Positions 45,329 to 56,179 of a DNA stretch of 64,000 bases are shown piece after piece; the stretch's first letter is position 1, and the number at the start of each line of letters is the position of its first letter. The position numbers were made by a program, and so were the translations under genes. Source of the DNA: a virus (lineage: Duplodnaviria; Heunggongvirae; Uroviricota; Caudoviricetes); IMG/VR virus record IMGVR_UViG_3300042009_000026, positions 160,001 to 224,000 of that record; one strand, written 5' to 3'. Under the pieces are notes generated by a model that saw nothing but the letters and a program-made list of their open reading frames with translations, made no database searches and had not been told where the DNA came from.

Positions 45329-48088
45329 ATGGCTCGAAAAACTGGGGGGAACGGTAAAACGTATCCCATGTTTGAACAAACCCAAGAAGGCCTCAATCCA
45401 TTAACGCCCATTGGCGGTGTTATTAACTTGCTGCGTAAAGCAGTTAGTGAAAAGGGACAGAGTGTCAACCAACCACGCGTTGGTATCAACAAACAAACAA
45501 TGGATCGAGTATCGCGTCAGACGTCGCAAGACATTACTGATAACGACTCAATCATGCAGCTCAACCCAGACTTAGAACTTGTTGAGACCGTAATGGTCGG
45601 TAACATTCTCTCGCCTAAGGATCTGGGTGAAACGGAACTGGCTTGGTCTGTTGACCCGGTTCTGTTTGATAGTGAAATTGCACGACTACTGATAGAGCCT
45701 GTAGAAGAGCATTTTAAACGAGACTATAAGATTAACGACCGTCTCGACCTGGTGCTACGAGAGATCATGTTCCGTAAAGGCGCATCGATCCATATCGTTC
45801 TACCAGAGACCGTACTCGACCATTTGGTTAACGGCACACGCAAGGTTTCCATGGAGGCCTATGCAGGTTTCCGTAAGCGTATGTCACAGGGCGAACCACT
45901 CGGTTTATTAGGTCACCCCACCAATGCTAACATCTCGTTAGAAAGTTGGAATGTAACTACCGACGGCGCAAACAAGATTCGTGGTGATGCTAATCTACTC
46001 GTTACTGACAACTTCAACATCCTGAAGTCTCCCGTAGTGGGTCGTCGTGTTCGTGAGACACGTATCGCTGACCGTTTGAATCGTCATCGTATTTCTCTTG
46101 AAGCAGAACTGCAACAAGAAACGCAGAACTACAACTTTACCAATGCTGACATTGAAAAGCTTTATCAACGGAACCGTAATGGCACTACTGACCATGCTCA
46201 AGTTGTAACATCACCTCAGTTCATGGACAGGAAGTCTGTAGGGCATCCCCTGGCACTGCTTCCACCAATGGAAGCCGTTATCCCGGTATTCATGCAGGGC
46301 CGTCCACATGAGCACGTAGGTTACTTCTTGCTGGTAGACCAAAATGGTTATCCGGTATCGAAAGACTCTACTCGTGACTTCTATGGTGAGCTGCAAAGTT
46401 CATGGAATTCTAGCGGTGGCGGTAACTCTGATGGCAACTCTGAGATCCTCCGTCTAACACGTGAGGCGATGGGAGCCAATGCCAGCAAGCAGGATTATGA
46501 AGTAGACGAGATCCAAAAGACTTATAATTCGATCATTGTGAACGATCTACATAACCGTCTTCGTAACGGCGAGTACGATCAAGAACTCGAAATCGGTATG
46601 TCTGAAGAAATCCAACGGATCATGTTGTTCCGTAGCTGGGAACAGAAATGTACTCAACTCGTTTTCATTCCATCCGAACTCTGCACCTATATGGCTTTCA
46701 ACTTCAATGCTAACGGTGTGGGTGAATCACTACTGTCCCGTTCGAAGATGATTGCAACCATGCGTTCTACTTTGCTGATGGCTGATACCGTCGGTGGCAT
46801 GCGTAACGCAGTAGGTCGTAAGAAAGTTAACATCACGCTAGACCCGGATGATCCAGATGCTGAACAAACCATCTCGAACATTCAATCAGCTATCATGGAA
46901 CAAGCACATCGTTCGTTCCCACTGGCTGCTCCCGATCCTACTCAAGCAATGGACCACCTAATCCGTTCTGGCTTTGACTTTGCCATTAACGTTAACGGTG
47001 CAGACTATGCTGAAACGAAAGTAGAGTATGATGACTATAACACGAACCAACAGGCTGGTAACCCAGATCTGCAGGATCGTCTACGTCGCATGCATATTTC
47101 CGGTATGGGTGTACACCCTGAGAAAGTTGACCCGATGTCTTCACCAGACTTCGCTACAACTGCAACTCAGAACGACTTGGTATTCTCCCGTCGTGTACGT
47201 GCTTATCAGAAAGCTTTCACTGAGTACCTGCAAAAGTTCATTCGTACTTACACACACCACAGTTCGATCTTGCGCCAGAAGATGGCTAAGGCGATTGTGA
47301 AGAACCGTAAGATGTTATCGCCAGAACAAGCAGCACAACCAATCGATGAGATCATTGATGAATTCATCGGAGCATTGGAAGTATCGTTGCCTGCTCCTGA
47401 TAATACCCAACATGAACGTCAAGCCGAATCGTATCGTGCTTATTCCGATCTGTTGGACTCGACACTGGAAGCTTTCATTACACCTGACCTGTTCCCTGAT
47501 GAAGTACTAGGGATGTCTGGTGTAGCTGATAAGATCCTGAACCATGTTAAAGCTTACTTCAAACGTCAGTGGCTAACCAACAACAATGTCATGCCTGAAC
47601 TGGGTGTACTGTTGGAGATGGATGGTGATAAGCCTGCGTTCTCGTTGTTAGACTACATGGCAACTGCCCAGTCTACTATGGGTCGAGCATTCATGGAGTT
47701 TATGAAGCACGAAGTCGATAACAAAGACGCATTTGCCAAAGAGTTCAAGAAAGTTATTGAAGCTGCTGGCGCAAGCGACGGTGGATTTGGTGGAGATGCT
47801 GGTGGTGGCTTCGGTGATGATACCGGAGGTGATGACACAGGTAGCGGAGACGATGGTTTCGGCGATCTGGGTGGCGGTACAGACGACGGTATGGGCGGTG
47901 ACCTTAGCAGTGACATGGGTGGTGACACCAGTGGTACTGATGACATGGGTCTTGATGAACCTAGTGCTGATGACTCAACTACAGACGAGGATGCAGCGGG
48001 CGATACGGATGGCTTGGATGATCCGCATGCAGCAGCAGCTAAGGATGAAGAAGAGGATAAGGACGAAGAAGCACTCAACAATTTGTAA
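45329..48088 (+). CDS. Portal protein (phiKZ gp129-like) with acidic C-terminal tail
   Basis: 919 aa; SME/SLE motifs; GVGESLL; D/G-rich tail; synteny. Confidence 0.75.
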   Translation: MARKTGGNGKTYPMFEQTQEGLNPLTPIGGVINLLRKAVSEKGQSVNQPRVGINKQTMDRVSRQTSQDITDNDSIMQLNPDLELVETVMVGNILSPKDLGETELAWSVDPVLFDSEIARLLIEPVEEHFKRDYKINDRLDLVLREIMFRKGASIHIVLPETVLDHLVNGTRKVSMEAYAGFRKRMSQGEPLGLLGHPTNANISLESWNVTTDGANKIRGDANLLVTDNFNILKSPVVGRRVRETRIADRLNRHRISLEAELQQETQNYNFTNADIEKLYQRNRNGTTDHAQVVTSPQFMDRKSVGHPLALLPPMEAVIPVFMQGRPHEHVGYFLLVDQNGYPVSKDSTRDFYGELQSSWNSSGGGNSDGNSEILRLTREAMGANASKQDYEVDEIQKTYNSIIVNDLHNRLRNGEYDQELEIGMSEEIQRIMLFRSWEQKCTQLVFIPSELCTYMAFNFNANGVGESLLSRSKMIATMRSTLLMADTVGGMRNAVGRKKVNITLDPDDPDAEQTISNIQSAIMEQAHRSFPLAAPDPTQAMDHLIRSGFDFAINVNGADYAETKVEYDDYNTNQQAGNPDLQDRLRRMHISGMGVHPEKVDPMSSPDFATTATQNDLVFSRRVRAYQKAFTEYLQKFIRTYTHHSSILRQKMAKAIVKNRKMLSPEQAAQPIDEIIDEFIGALEVSLPAPDNTQHERQAESYRAYSDLLDSTLEAFITPDLFPDEVLGMSGVADKILNHVKAYFKRQWLTNNNVMPELGVLLEMDGDKPAFSLLDYMATAQSTMGRAFMEFMKHEVDNKDAFAKEFKKVIEAAGASDGGFGGDAGGGFGDDTGGDDTGSGDDGFGDLGGGTDDGMGGDLSSDMGGDTSGTDDMGLDEPSADDSTTDEDAAGDTDGLDDPHAAAAKDEEEDKDEEALNNL

Positions 48089-48091
48089 CGA

Positions 48092-48126
48092 CATATTAGC
48101 CTTCCCGTTGGGGAAGGCTTTATGCC
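48092..48126. terminator. CATA-hairpin-TTATGCC bidirectional terminator
   Basis: CATATT-AGCCTTCCC-GTTG-GGGAAGGCT-TTATGCC between convergent genes. Confidence 0.85.
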
Positions 48127-48127
48127 A

Positions 48128-49375
48128 TCAATTAGAACCAAGTACTCGGAAGAAAGCATCATCATGGATGAAGGGTTGTGCTGGATTACGGCCACCATCT
48201 ACAATAGCTTTAGTTTGCCACCGTCTATGGTTAGCATCGTAGTCGTGCCGAATATTATTTGTACCTGCATAAACGAATGTATCCACTTCATGAATCGTGT
48301 GGTAATCAAGCATCCGACCATAAGCACCTACGATGGGTAGGTTATCACCCGAAGGATCAATGAACCGACCTGGTAGACGTAACCATTCGATAGGTTCGTA
48401 GTCTTGAAAGAATGAAGGAGTGTCAACAACTACAAAGAAAGATTGTGACATGGTTAGATACTTCAACACTACTTCATCAGAACGCATTTGTTCAAGAGAC
48501 ATTAGTGTTGGGTTTTTAGGATCAACAACCAAACCTAAAGTATCTAGATCTAGTTCTTTAACTGATTGGATATACCGATCCAAGAACATCGAAGAACCAA
48601 CTTCAACACGCCATGTCCTATCACCTACGGGCTTATAGACTTTCCCCAATACCTGCAGATAACCACCTACCACCAACAGAACAGTTTTGTCCGTAATATC
48701 GATGTTGCTAGGCATGGTGATATAAGAAGCATCATTTAGTGGAGCACCTTCCCGTTGCGGACTAATCATTGATTCGGTAATAGGGATCTTTTGAATAGCT
48801 CCAATCGTTTCGAATGAGTATACACCGATCTGGTTATTGTTCGCACGACGTACAGACTTATTACCATCCAATACACGAATACCAGCAGCAGTATAATCGG
48901 TGATATGGAAATATCCATTAACCGTAGTTAGGCAATACTTATCGTAATCGGCATACGAATGAATCGGATGTGTTAGAATCAAATCTTCTTTGACAAATTT
49001 AGATGCTGTGGAGTTAACATGCAGGTCACGACCTTTAGGTTGAGCAATATAACCAGCATGCCAAGCCTGAGCATATCGTACCAGTCGTTCTGTTTCATCT
49101 GGTAACTGCGCTTCGAAAGGCAAGGTCACATTACCAATAGAAGTTAACCATTGCTGTACAGTAAATGTCGGATCAACGTTATTCATCCAAGTTGTAACAT
49201 TATCAAACTTAAGAGCTTTGAGTTGTTGCTGGCCTGCACCTGGATAACCGATGTAAAGAATTACGTCGCCATAAGTCACAGACAGAGTGGTAACGATTGC
49301 ATTACTGAGGTCAGCTTCTTGCCAACGACCTTTACGTCTATCGGCCCGATAGCGTGCACGTACTAGAGTGTACAT
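48128..49375 (-). CDS. Virion structural protein (phiKZ gp130-like)
   Basis: RBS GGAGG; 415 aa; synteny. Confidence 0.6.
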   Translation of the reverse strand: MYTLVRARYRADRRKGRWQEADLSNAIVTTLSVTYGDVILYIGYPGAGQQQLKALKFDNVTTWMNNVDPTFTVQQWLTSIGNVTLPFEAQLPDETERLVRYAQAWHAGYIAQPKGRDLHVNSTASKFVKEDLILTHPIHSYADYDKYCLTTVNGYFHITDYTAAGIRVLDGNKSVRRANNNQIGVYSFETIGAIQKIPITESMISPQREGAPLNDASYITMPSNIDITDKTVLLVVGGYLQVLGKVYKPVGDRTWRVEVGSSMFLDRYIQSVKELDLDTLGLVVDPKNPTLMSLEQMRSDEVVLKYLTMSQSFFVVVDTPSFFQDYEPIEWLRLPGRFIDPSGDNLPIVGAYGRMLDYHTIHEVDTFVYAGTNNIRHDYDANHRRWQTKAIVDGGRNPAQPFIHDDAFFRVLGSN

Positions 49376-49482
49376 TGATGAACCTCCGTGGGATTGAATA
49401 ATCCTATGTGAATTTAAAAATACTGGTGTGCATACACATCATTAAGCTAACAACTGCGCACCAGCGCTACATAGGAGGATAT

Positions 49483-51726
49483 ATGTCCACCATGAGTACA
49501 ACTGGTCTCTACGAAGAGGACCTGCACGGCACGAACCCTGCGAACCTCGTAACAGGTGAGATCCAGACGCTGCAAGTTCCTGGGCCTGATGATTACTACT
49601 TCATCATTCCAAAAGCTGCTCCGTACTTTACGGACTCTCTCAAAGTGTACAACGCCCAAACGGGACAGTTGTATGTGGAAAACGAAGACTACCTAACAGG
49701 CCACTTCTTCATTGAAGCTATGGACTCAATCGGTCGACCAATTAATGGTTCTATTCGTTTTATGAAACGAACCATCCAGGGTCAAGTACGATTAGAGTAT
49801 CGGACTATTGGTGGTCAATGGGGCTTTAGTGATTCGGCTATCCTGGCAGAACTGTCTAACCGACAGCTTAATCCACTTATCCGTACTTGGGCTCAAATCG
49901 ATGTACTCCCGGCATTGTTTCCTGTACTGGAACACAACCAAGCAGTTAACTCACTGATTGGCTCTGCACAAATCCTGGAAGCATTGGAAGCCTTAACTGC
50001 GGTCGTCGAGGCTTCGGCTGAAGGCGCCTCCCAGTCTCACTTGCTGGACTTTGCTAACCCACACCGGGTAACTAAAGCACAAGTGTTATTAGGCCTAGTA
50101 CAAAACTATGCAATGGCAACAGATACTGAAGCCCGCGCTGGTCTGCGTGATGATGTTTACATGTCGTCTCGTGCTGTTTATCTACAAGTAGTGGATAAAG
50201 CACTGACCCCGCTCAATGCACACATTGCTGCTCAAGGTAACGTGCATGGCTTGACAGCTGCTGACCTCAACTTAGGTCGGGTTCCTAACTTCTCTGCTGC
50301 ATCGCCAACAGAAGCGGTAGATATCACTAACAACATTACACTGTTAACTCCGTATACCGGTGCATTGTTGTTCGAACAGCTTTCTAACGTACCACGGATC
50401 GATGCATTAGAAAACCTAATCCGCGATCACATTGCTGATACCAACAATCCACACCAACTGACTCCTGCTATTTTGGGTATGTACTCAAATGCAGAGATTG
50501 ATCAGAAACTGGCCGACATCGCTGGTGGGGGTGGTGATGCTACTACTTTCGGTGGTAAGACTCCAGCAGAATGGGAAGATAGCTTCACCTCAGTAGATGA
50601 TGTCGAATCGGTAATCGATAAAGTTCGTATTCAACACGAAGAGAATATTGCATTAATTCAAACCGTGTCACTAACATCCAGTTGGACACCAGCCGATGAA
50701 ACAGCTTATCAAGGTTCCTTGATTGGTTCCGCCACTGCAGGCTACGGCATGTATGGTGTGATCAACTCATTCAACTCAGTTAATCTGATTCAAGGGTCTG
50801 ATGTTCCACAGATTCCGAACTTGGCTACATTGCGAAACGCTGCTGATGGCTGGGCATCTGCTGAAGATGCGGTTTACGTTATCGCTCCGAATGGTGCATT
50901 GCGGGCCTATGGTTCTGCATCCGTTGCTGCTCCAGTAGGTTGGAAGGATGATGTTTCCTTTAATACAGCTAATGCATTGGAAGCAGTATGGGCTACGGCT
51001 AGTTTGGTATACATGCGTAAGCGTGGTACTCCTGCCAACGGATCTAACCCAGCTATTCCTGGTGATCTGTACATGTACGGCGCGGCCACGCCATTGACTT
51101 TGGTTTCCCCATCATCAGAAGGACCAGTGACTATCTTTACTTCATCCCAGCAAACCTACATCGGCGAAACATCGGTATTGGAAATTGCAGATGATGTATT
51201 CGTTGGTCGCGGTACTGCTCCATGGGTATCTGCTATCAATGCTGTTATCACCGCAGTATCTGCAGAAATCGATGGCATCGACAATACTGATTTCATTCGG
51301 GATATCCGGATTGGCGACACACATGTAATCATCACTAGCTCGGTTCAAGGTGATCTCTATGTGTATCAAATCAACCGTACTGGTAACAACGTTACTGGTG
51401 TAGTCCGAGTTACTGATCCAGCTATTTTCGATACCCATGGTACCTTAGTACCAATTGGCGCAATCACTGGGGTTAAAGCAGTATCTGGTGCATACAAGCA
51501 CTTCTGTATTGTTACTGCAGATGACGAAGCCTTGTTCTTTGGGGATAACTCCCAAGGTCAATGTGAAGTGGATAATGCAGCTGGTCCATTCCTATCGATT
51601 GCAGCAGGCAATAACTTTACCGTTACGGTTAATACAAAACACCAAACGATGTTCTGGGGTAATTCACCGGATAACTCAATGTTGTATGGTAACCGTGGCA
51701 TTACGATCGAAGAGGTAACTCCATGA
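49483..51726 (+). CDS. Tail fibre/baseplate protein with C-terminal beta-propeller (phiKZ gp131-like)
   Basis: RBS AGGAGG; H-x3/4-NPH repeats; RCC1-like blades (SIAAGNNFTVTV...WGN, FGDNSQGQC). Confidence 0.75.
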   Translation: MSTMSTTGLYEEDLHGTNPANLVTGEIQTLQVPGPDDYYFIIPKAAPYFTDSLKVYNAQTGQLYVENEDYLTGHFFIEAMDSIGRPINGSIRFMKRTIQGQVRLEYRTIGGQWGFSDSAILAELSNRQLNPLIRTWAQIDVLPALFPVLEHNQAVNSLIGSAQILEALEALTAVVEASAEGASQSHLLDFANPHRVTKAQVLLGLVQNYAMATDTEARAGLRDDVYMSSRAVYLQVVDKALTPLNAHIAAQGNVHGLTAADLNLGRVPNFSAASPTEAVDITNNITLLTPYTGALLFEQLSNVPRIDALENLIRDHIADTNNPHQLTPAILGMYSNAEIDQKLADIAGGGGDATTFGGKTPAEWEDSFTSVDDVESVIDKVRIQHEENIALIQTVSLTSSWTPADETAYQGSLIGSATAGYGMYGVINSFNSVNLIQGSDVPQIPNLATLRNAADGWASAEDAVYVIAPNGALRAYGSASVAAPVGWKDDVSFNTANALEAVWATASLVYMRKRGTPANGSNPAIPGDLYMYGAATPLTLVSPSSEGPVTIFTSSQQTYIGETSVLEIADDVFVGRGTAPWVSAINAVITAVSAEIDGIDNTDFIRDIRIGDTHVIITSSVQGDLYVYQINRTGNNVTGVVRVTDPAIFDTHGTLVPIGAITGVKAVSGAYKHFCIVTADDEALFFGDNSQGQCEVDNAAGPFLSIAAGNNFTVTVNTKHQTMFWGNSPDNSMLYGNRGITIEEVTP

Positions 51727-52040
51727 TCAGTACAGCTATCGTAGCGGCCATGCTTCAACGTATGGCCATTTGGGCAGGTGAAACAGTCAACCGCTTCTCA
51801 TTGGTAAAGACCAGACTTGAAGCACTGGAACTGTCTTTCCGTAATCTAAGAGAAACGACCGCCGATGAAATCGGCTTAGGTCTAGTTGCAAATTACGCGC
51901 CTTCAACGTTAACACAAGCGAAGGGCGGAGTGAACAACTCGTCGCATATGACACCAAGACGTACCAATGATTTTGCCGAAGAGAAGATCTACGGACCAAT
52001 CGGCGATGCGTTTGCGACAGCAGCTGCTCGCTTGCCATAA
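51723..52040 (+). CDS. Short tail-fibre-family paralog
   Basis: IGLGLVANY...HMTP repeat shared with neighbours. Confidence 0.65.
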   Translation: MISTAIVAAMLQRMAIWAGETVNRFSLVKTRLEALELSFRNLRETTADEIGLGLVANYAPSTLTQAKGGVNNSSHMTPRRTNDFAEEKIYGPIGDAFATAAARLP

Positions 52041-52106
52041 AACACACAAGACAGGGCATGGGTAACCGTGCCTTCTTTTGTAAGCATTATCCAAACGGAG
52101 TAACCC

Positions 52107-53456
52107 ATGGATAGCCCAATCGTACAGCTACCACTTGATCTAACGGGGACTGACCCTAACAACCATATTGGTAGCGAAGAACACCTACTGGTAGATCTTG
52201 ATGGTTTCCCGTATAAAATCATCACCCTCTTCCACGGTGGTTTTTATACGAAGGGACTCAAGGTCTACGATGCAGACTACAATAAGCTTATGCCTGATGT
52301 AGATTACATCTGTACTTACAAACATCAACAAGTTAGTGACCGCACAGGTCTGGAAGTTTGTAGTGCAATCGTTTTCATTAATCCAGCCATTGATGGCATC
52401 GTTTACACTTCTTCCCAAATGGTCGGTGATGACATCGCCTTCAGTTTTACTGTAGTGCAGGATTACATCACTTTCTACAATACTAAAACACCCGATTATA
52501 TTCCTACGTGGTCTGACTACATCGGTACCGAACCCAATTGGAGTCCAGGTGAACTAGTGCAAGCACGTTGGGGGTTGGATACTTATCAACCGTTCAACAA
52601 CGAATTAGAAACCATCTCACGTCGCCTAGTGATTGGTAATGATAATGCTGAAGAAGATTTACGAGAATCTATTCGCGATCGTCTAGATGTATTCTTGGCT
52701 CGGTTCAACAACCGACTACAGCAACACATCGATGATAAAGCTAACCCGCATGCTAGTGATGCAGAAAAAGTAGGACTAGGCTTACTGGAGAACTTACCAG
52801 TAGCTACAGCACCTCAGGCTTTAGCAATTGCATCGGATGATCATTACATGACTCCTGCTCTGGCATGGCAAGTTAGTGATCAGTATGCATCGATTCCTTT
52901 GAAAGCTCACACTGATCTAAATCCAGCCAACCCACATGATCTTTCTTATCTCCAGTTGAATTCACACAGCAAAGCACAAGCTACTGCAATAATCAACTCG
53001 AAACATCAGAAAGGTACAGTCATTGCAAACGCTCGGACCATTCTCTATCAAGGTGAATGGCACACATATGAAGCGTATGTAGCTAAGCTACGAAAGAATC
53101 TCTCAACATCTTATTTCCCTAACGGTATTTTGCAACCCCAGAAAATGGGAGCTGGACCATTAGAATGGAATGCGGTAATGCGTGGTGATCGTAGATGGTC
53201 ACGGGTAGCGGATATCCTAGCCGAATATGTTACTACACCAGCAGGTTCTTTTAATACCATTAGCGTTAACGCTTATGATCCGAATATTGCAATGAACATT
53301 GTGCGTTCTACTTGGCCATATGAGCCAGTAGGTAGTACAGTATTTGCTCGGATGTTAGTTGCCGTTCAACAAGGCTGGGGTAATGGCTCAACGCATTATG
53401 ATGTTGCTCAAGACTATGCATTTGTCATGACACCTTCTGGTTGGATTATGGCTTAA
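52107..53456 (+). CDS. Tail fibre protein (gp131-135 paralog family)
   Basis: LPLDLTG N-terminus; NPH repeats. Confidence 0.7.
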   Translation: MDSPIVQLPLDLTGTDPNNHIGSEEHLLVDLDGFPYKIITLFHGGFYTKGLKVYDADYNKLMPDVDYICTYKHQQVSDRTGLEVCSAIVFINPAIDGIVYTSSQMVGDDIAFSFTVVQDYITFYNTKTPDYIPTWSDYIGTEPNWSPGELVQARWGLDTYQPFNNELETISRRLVIGNDNAEEDLRESIRDRLDVFLARFNNRLQQHIDDKANPHASDAEKVGLGLLENLPVATAPQALAIASDDHYMTPALAWQVSDQYASIPLKAHTDLNPANPHDLSYLQLNSHSKAQATAIINSKHQKGTVIANARTILYQGEWHTYEAYVAKLRKNLSTSYFPNGILQPQKMGAGPLEWNAVMRGDRRWSRVADILAEYVTTPAGSFNTISVNAYDPNIAMNIVRSTWPYEPVGSTVFARMLVAVQQGWGNGSTHYDVAQDYAFVMTPSGWIMA

Positions 53457-53466
53457 GGTAAACAAG

Positions 53467-54837
53467 ATGACTCCACTACTGCACAAGTTTCCACTAGACT
53501 GGACAGGTACCGACCTGCGTAATCGGACACGAAGCGAGATGCATGACATGTCTGCGCTTTATGATCTGGACTACCGCTGTGTAGTCTTGGATCATGGTTA
53601 CTTCTATACTGACGATCTGTACATCATCGATGAAGCAGGCCGTGAACTGAAAGAGACCACAGACTACCAACTCGTTGGCTTTAATACCGACGTGGTAGGT
53701 AAGACAGCTAAGACCGTTGTGTCCGTAATTGTGATTACCAATAAAAAGGTAGCCTCTAAAATTTACGTTGATGCACAGATGGTCGGTGGTGGTTATGAAA
53801 AGGTAGGGCCTGCAATCGATCAGATGGCTATGGGTCTACTCAACAACACCCGCAAAGTCCACTGGAACAACATTAAAGACAAACCTGACCGTTATCCTGC
53901 CGGTGGCCATATGCACCCGCTATGGGAACTGTACGGCTTCACACCTACTGTTACGGTACTGAAGAGGATGTCTGTTGCTTTCGGTAAGAAAGTTCAGCAA
54001 GTATTGGATGCAATCTACAAAGACTTCGATACTCAAATGAAAACCATTGAGGGTGAACTCGATGTTGTGGAAGCTCGTTTGACTGCACACATTGCAGACA
54101 CTGCTAACCCACACAAAGACTCGAAAAATAACATCGGTTTAGCGAATGTATTCAATGCACCTACTGCTACATTAACACAAGCACGTTTAACTAATGGCGA
54201 TCTGATGCAGGTCTATGCAACTCCATGGTCGATTGGACAGGCACTCGATGCTAACTTTACACCGGTCTTGCAAGAACATATCGCTAACAAGAATAACCCA
54301 CATCGAAACACCACTACTCAGTTGAACATGTACACAATTCCTCAAATGCAGGATAAAGCTAATCTTTATACTGACCAAGGGGCGACGATGGACAAGTCTG
54401 CAGCTGTCTATGGTCAGACTGCTGATTCGTTGCGTCCACTGATGCAACTGAACAACCACACGAATAATTTGACAGTTGGCATGTACCCATTCCAGATTTG
54501 GGCTCGTCCATATATCGGCGGGTTATCTCCAAATGCACAGGTATTAAAACCTGATGGCTATTGGCAAAACATTGCCGATGTGATTACACGTGGGGTTACA
54601 CCAAGTACGCGTATCACTGTGATGCAAGGTGAATTCAACGATTATGCTCATGCGGTCAATACCGCAAACGCAATCATGACGGGTTGGCCTGTCGGTTCAT
54701 TGCTCTATTGCCACTGGAACTATGCTAAAGCATCTGGTAACGGTAACGGTGCAACTCAATGGGCAAGAACACGAAACACCAGTATTCTCGTCTACACTGG
54801 TGGTGGCGGTTGGATTACTAGTGCAGGAGGTGCATAA
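53467..54837 (+). CDS. Tail fibre protein (gp131-135 paralog family)
   Basis: FPLDWTG N-terminus; HxH motif; NPH repeats. Confidence 0.7.
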   Translation: MTPLLHKFPLDWTGTDLRNRTRSEMHDMSALYDLDYRCVVLDHGYFYTDDLYIIDEAGRELKETTDYQLVGFNTDVVGKTAKTVVSVIVITNKKVASKIYVDAQMVGGGYEKVGPAIDQMAMGLLNNTRKVHWNNIKDKPDRYPAGGHMHPLWELYGFTPTVTVLKRMSVAFGKKVQQVLDAIYKDFDTQMKTIEGELDVVEARLTAHIADTANPHKDSKNNIGLANVFNAPTATLTQARLTNGDLMQVYATPWSIGQALDANFTPVLQEHIANKNNPHRNTTTQLNMYTIPQMQDKANLYTDQGATMDKSAAVYGQTADSLRPLMQLNNHTNNLTVGMYPFQIWARPYIGGLSPNAQVLKPDGYWQNIADVITRGVTPSTRITVMQGEFNDYAHAVNTANAIMTGWPVGSLLYCHWNYAKASGNGNGATQWARTRNTSILVYTGGGGWITSAGGA

Positions 54838-56165
54838 TGGCTAGACTTACATTCCTTCCCTTAGATCTTACGGGGCAGGCACTTGTCAACAGACGTACAG
54901 GTGAACAACACCCACTGATTAAAGTTGGTGATAAAGTTAACCGCGTCTGTGTTTTGGATCATGGTGCTTTCTATACCAGCGGCCTAGTGGTTCGTGATAA
55001 TACCGGTCGACTACTTTCCCCTGTCACAGATTTTAAGACAACCTATCATTACGACAAGTTATCTAAGTTGACGGCTAAAGAAGTAATGGGTTTGATCGTG
55101 GTTACTAACCCGACGGTGGTATCACCATTAACCGTACAATACCAAGCTGTAGGTGGTAATTTCAGTATCTCTGTTACAGAACTTAAAGCGTTGTTAGAAT
55201 CCATTAAAGAAGATAACTTCACGCTTAAGTGGGAAGACATCATCGGTAAACCGACTGCATATGTTCCTGAAGACCATGACCATGAATACTGGCAATTGTG
55301 GGGTCTGGAAACTACCGTCGTTGAAATCGATCGGATTGCCGCTTCCTGGAAAGCTGGTACAATGGCTATCTCTAAAGAGAGCAAAGACTACGGCTCAATC
55401 TACGTTCAGAAAGGACGAGATGCTATCAATGCCTACGCGGTGAAAGTATCTGCTCACTTGGCTGATGTTAACAATCCACATGCGACAGATAAGAATAAGG
55501 TTGGCTTGGGCTGGATTAACAACTGGACAATGGCAACAGGCGTACAGGTAGTTAACCGAAACGATTCGACCCATTACATGCCTATCGGTGGGATGTATCG
55601 AATTCTGAATACAGGTCCTTTGCCTGATCTCAATGCACACGTCACCAACTTCTCCAATCCACACGGCACAACGGCAGCAATGGCCGGCAGCTGGACAACC
55701 ACAGAGATCAACCAATCCTTCACTGCGAAATACCTGTGGACGGATATAGCTACTAACTCGACACTGTATGGTGGTCGTACATCTGCTACACTGCGTTATG
55801 ACGTAACCGTTAACTTGGACCCACGTGATATTGTTGTTGGTGGCTTCCCCCATACTCAAATGGGGAGTAACGGTGGTGGTATTGGCTTAGATACTTGGAA
55901 CTGGGCATTGTGTGGTGATGGCAACTGGAGACGCTGGGTAGATCTACTGGCTGGGTTCAATAGTTCCCGTCGTCGATATGTATCACTAGGTAACTATAGC
56001 GACGCAGCAACTTTGCTAAACGTGGCCAACACTGCTTTTGGTGGCTGGCCAGATAACACGGTGGCAATCGGAACAATCGTCAACCATCCTACACCAGATG
56101 TGATATATACCACTCTCAAAGCTTTCGTCAAGTCCGGTGGGGCTTGGGTTAGTATCTACGGTTAA
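54837..56165 (+). CDS. Tail fibre protein (gp131-135 paralog family)
   Basis: LPLDLTG N-terminus; WEDIIGKP..HDH; NPH repeats. Confidence 0.7.
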   Translation: MARLTFLPLDLTGQALVNRRTGEQHPLIKVGDKVNRVCVLDHGAFYTSGLVVRDNTGRLLSPVTDFKTTYHYDKLSKLTAKEVMGLIVVTNPTVVSPLTVQYQAVGGNFSISVTELKALLESIKEDNFTLKWEDIIGKPTAYVPEDHDHEYWQLWGLETTVVEIDRIAASWKAGTMAISKESKDYGSIYVQKGRDAINAYAVKVSAHLADVNNPHATDKNKVGLGWINNWTMATGVQVVNRNDSTHYMPIGGMYRILNTGPLPDLNAHVTNFSNPHGTTAAMAGSWTTTEINQSFTAKYLWTDIATNSTLYGGRTSATLRYDVTVNLDPRDIVVGGFPHTQMGSNGGGIGLDTWNWALCGDGNWRRWVDLLAGFNSSRRRYVSLGNYSDAATLLNVANTAFGGWPDNTVAIGTIVNHPTPDVIYTTLKAFVKSGGAWVSIYG

Positions 56166-56179
56166 AAAGAGAAAACAAC

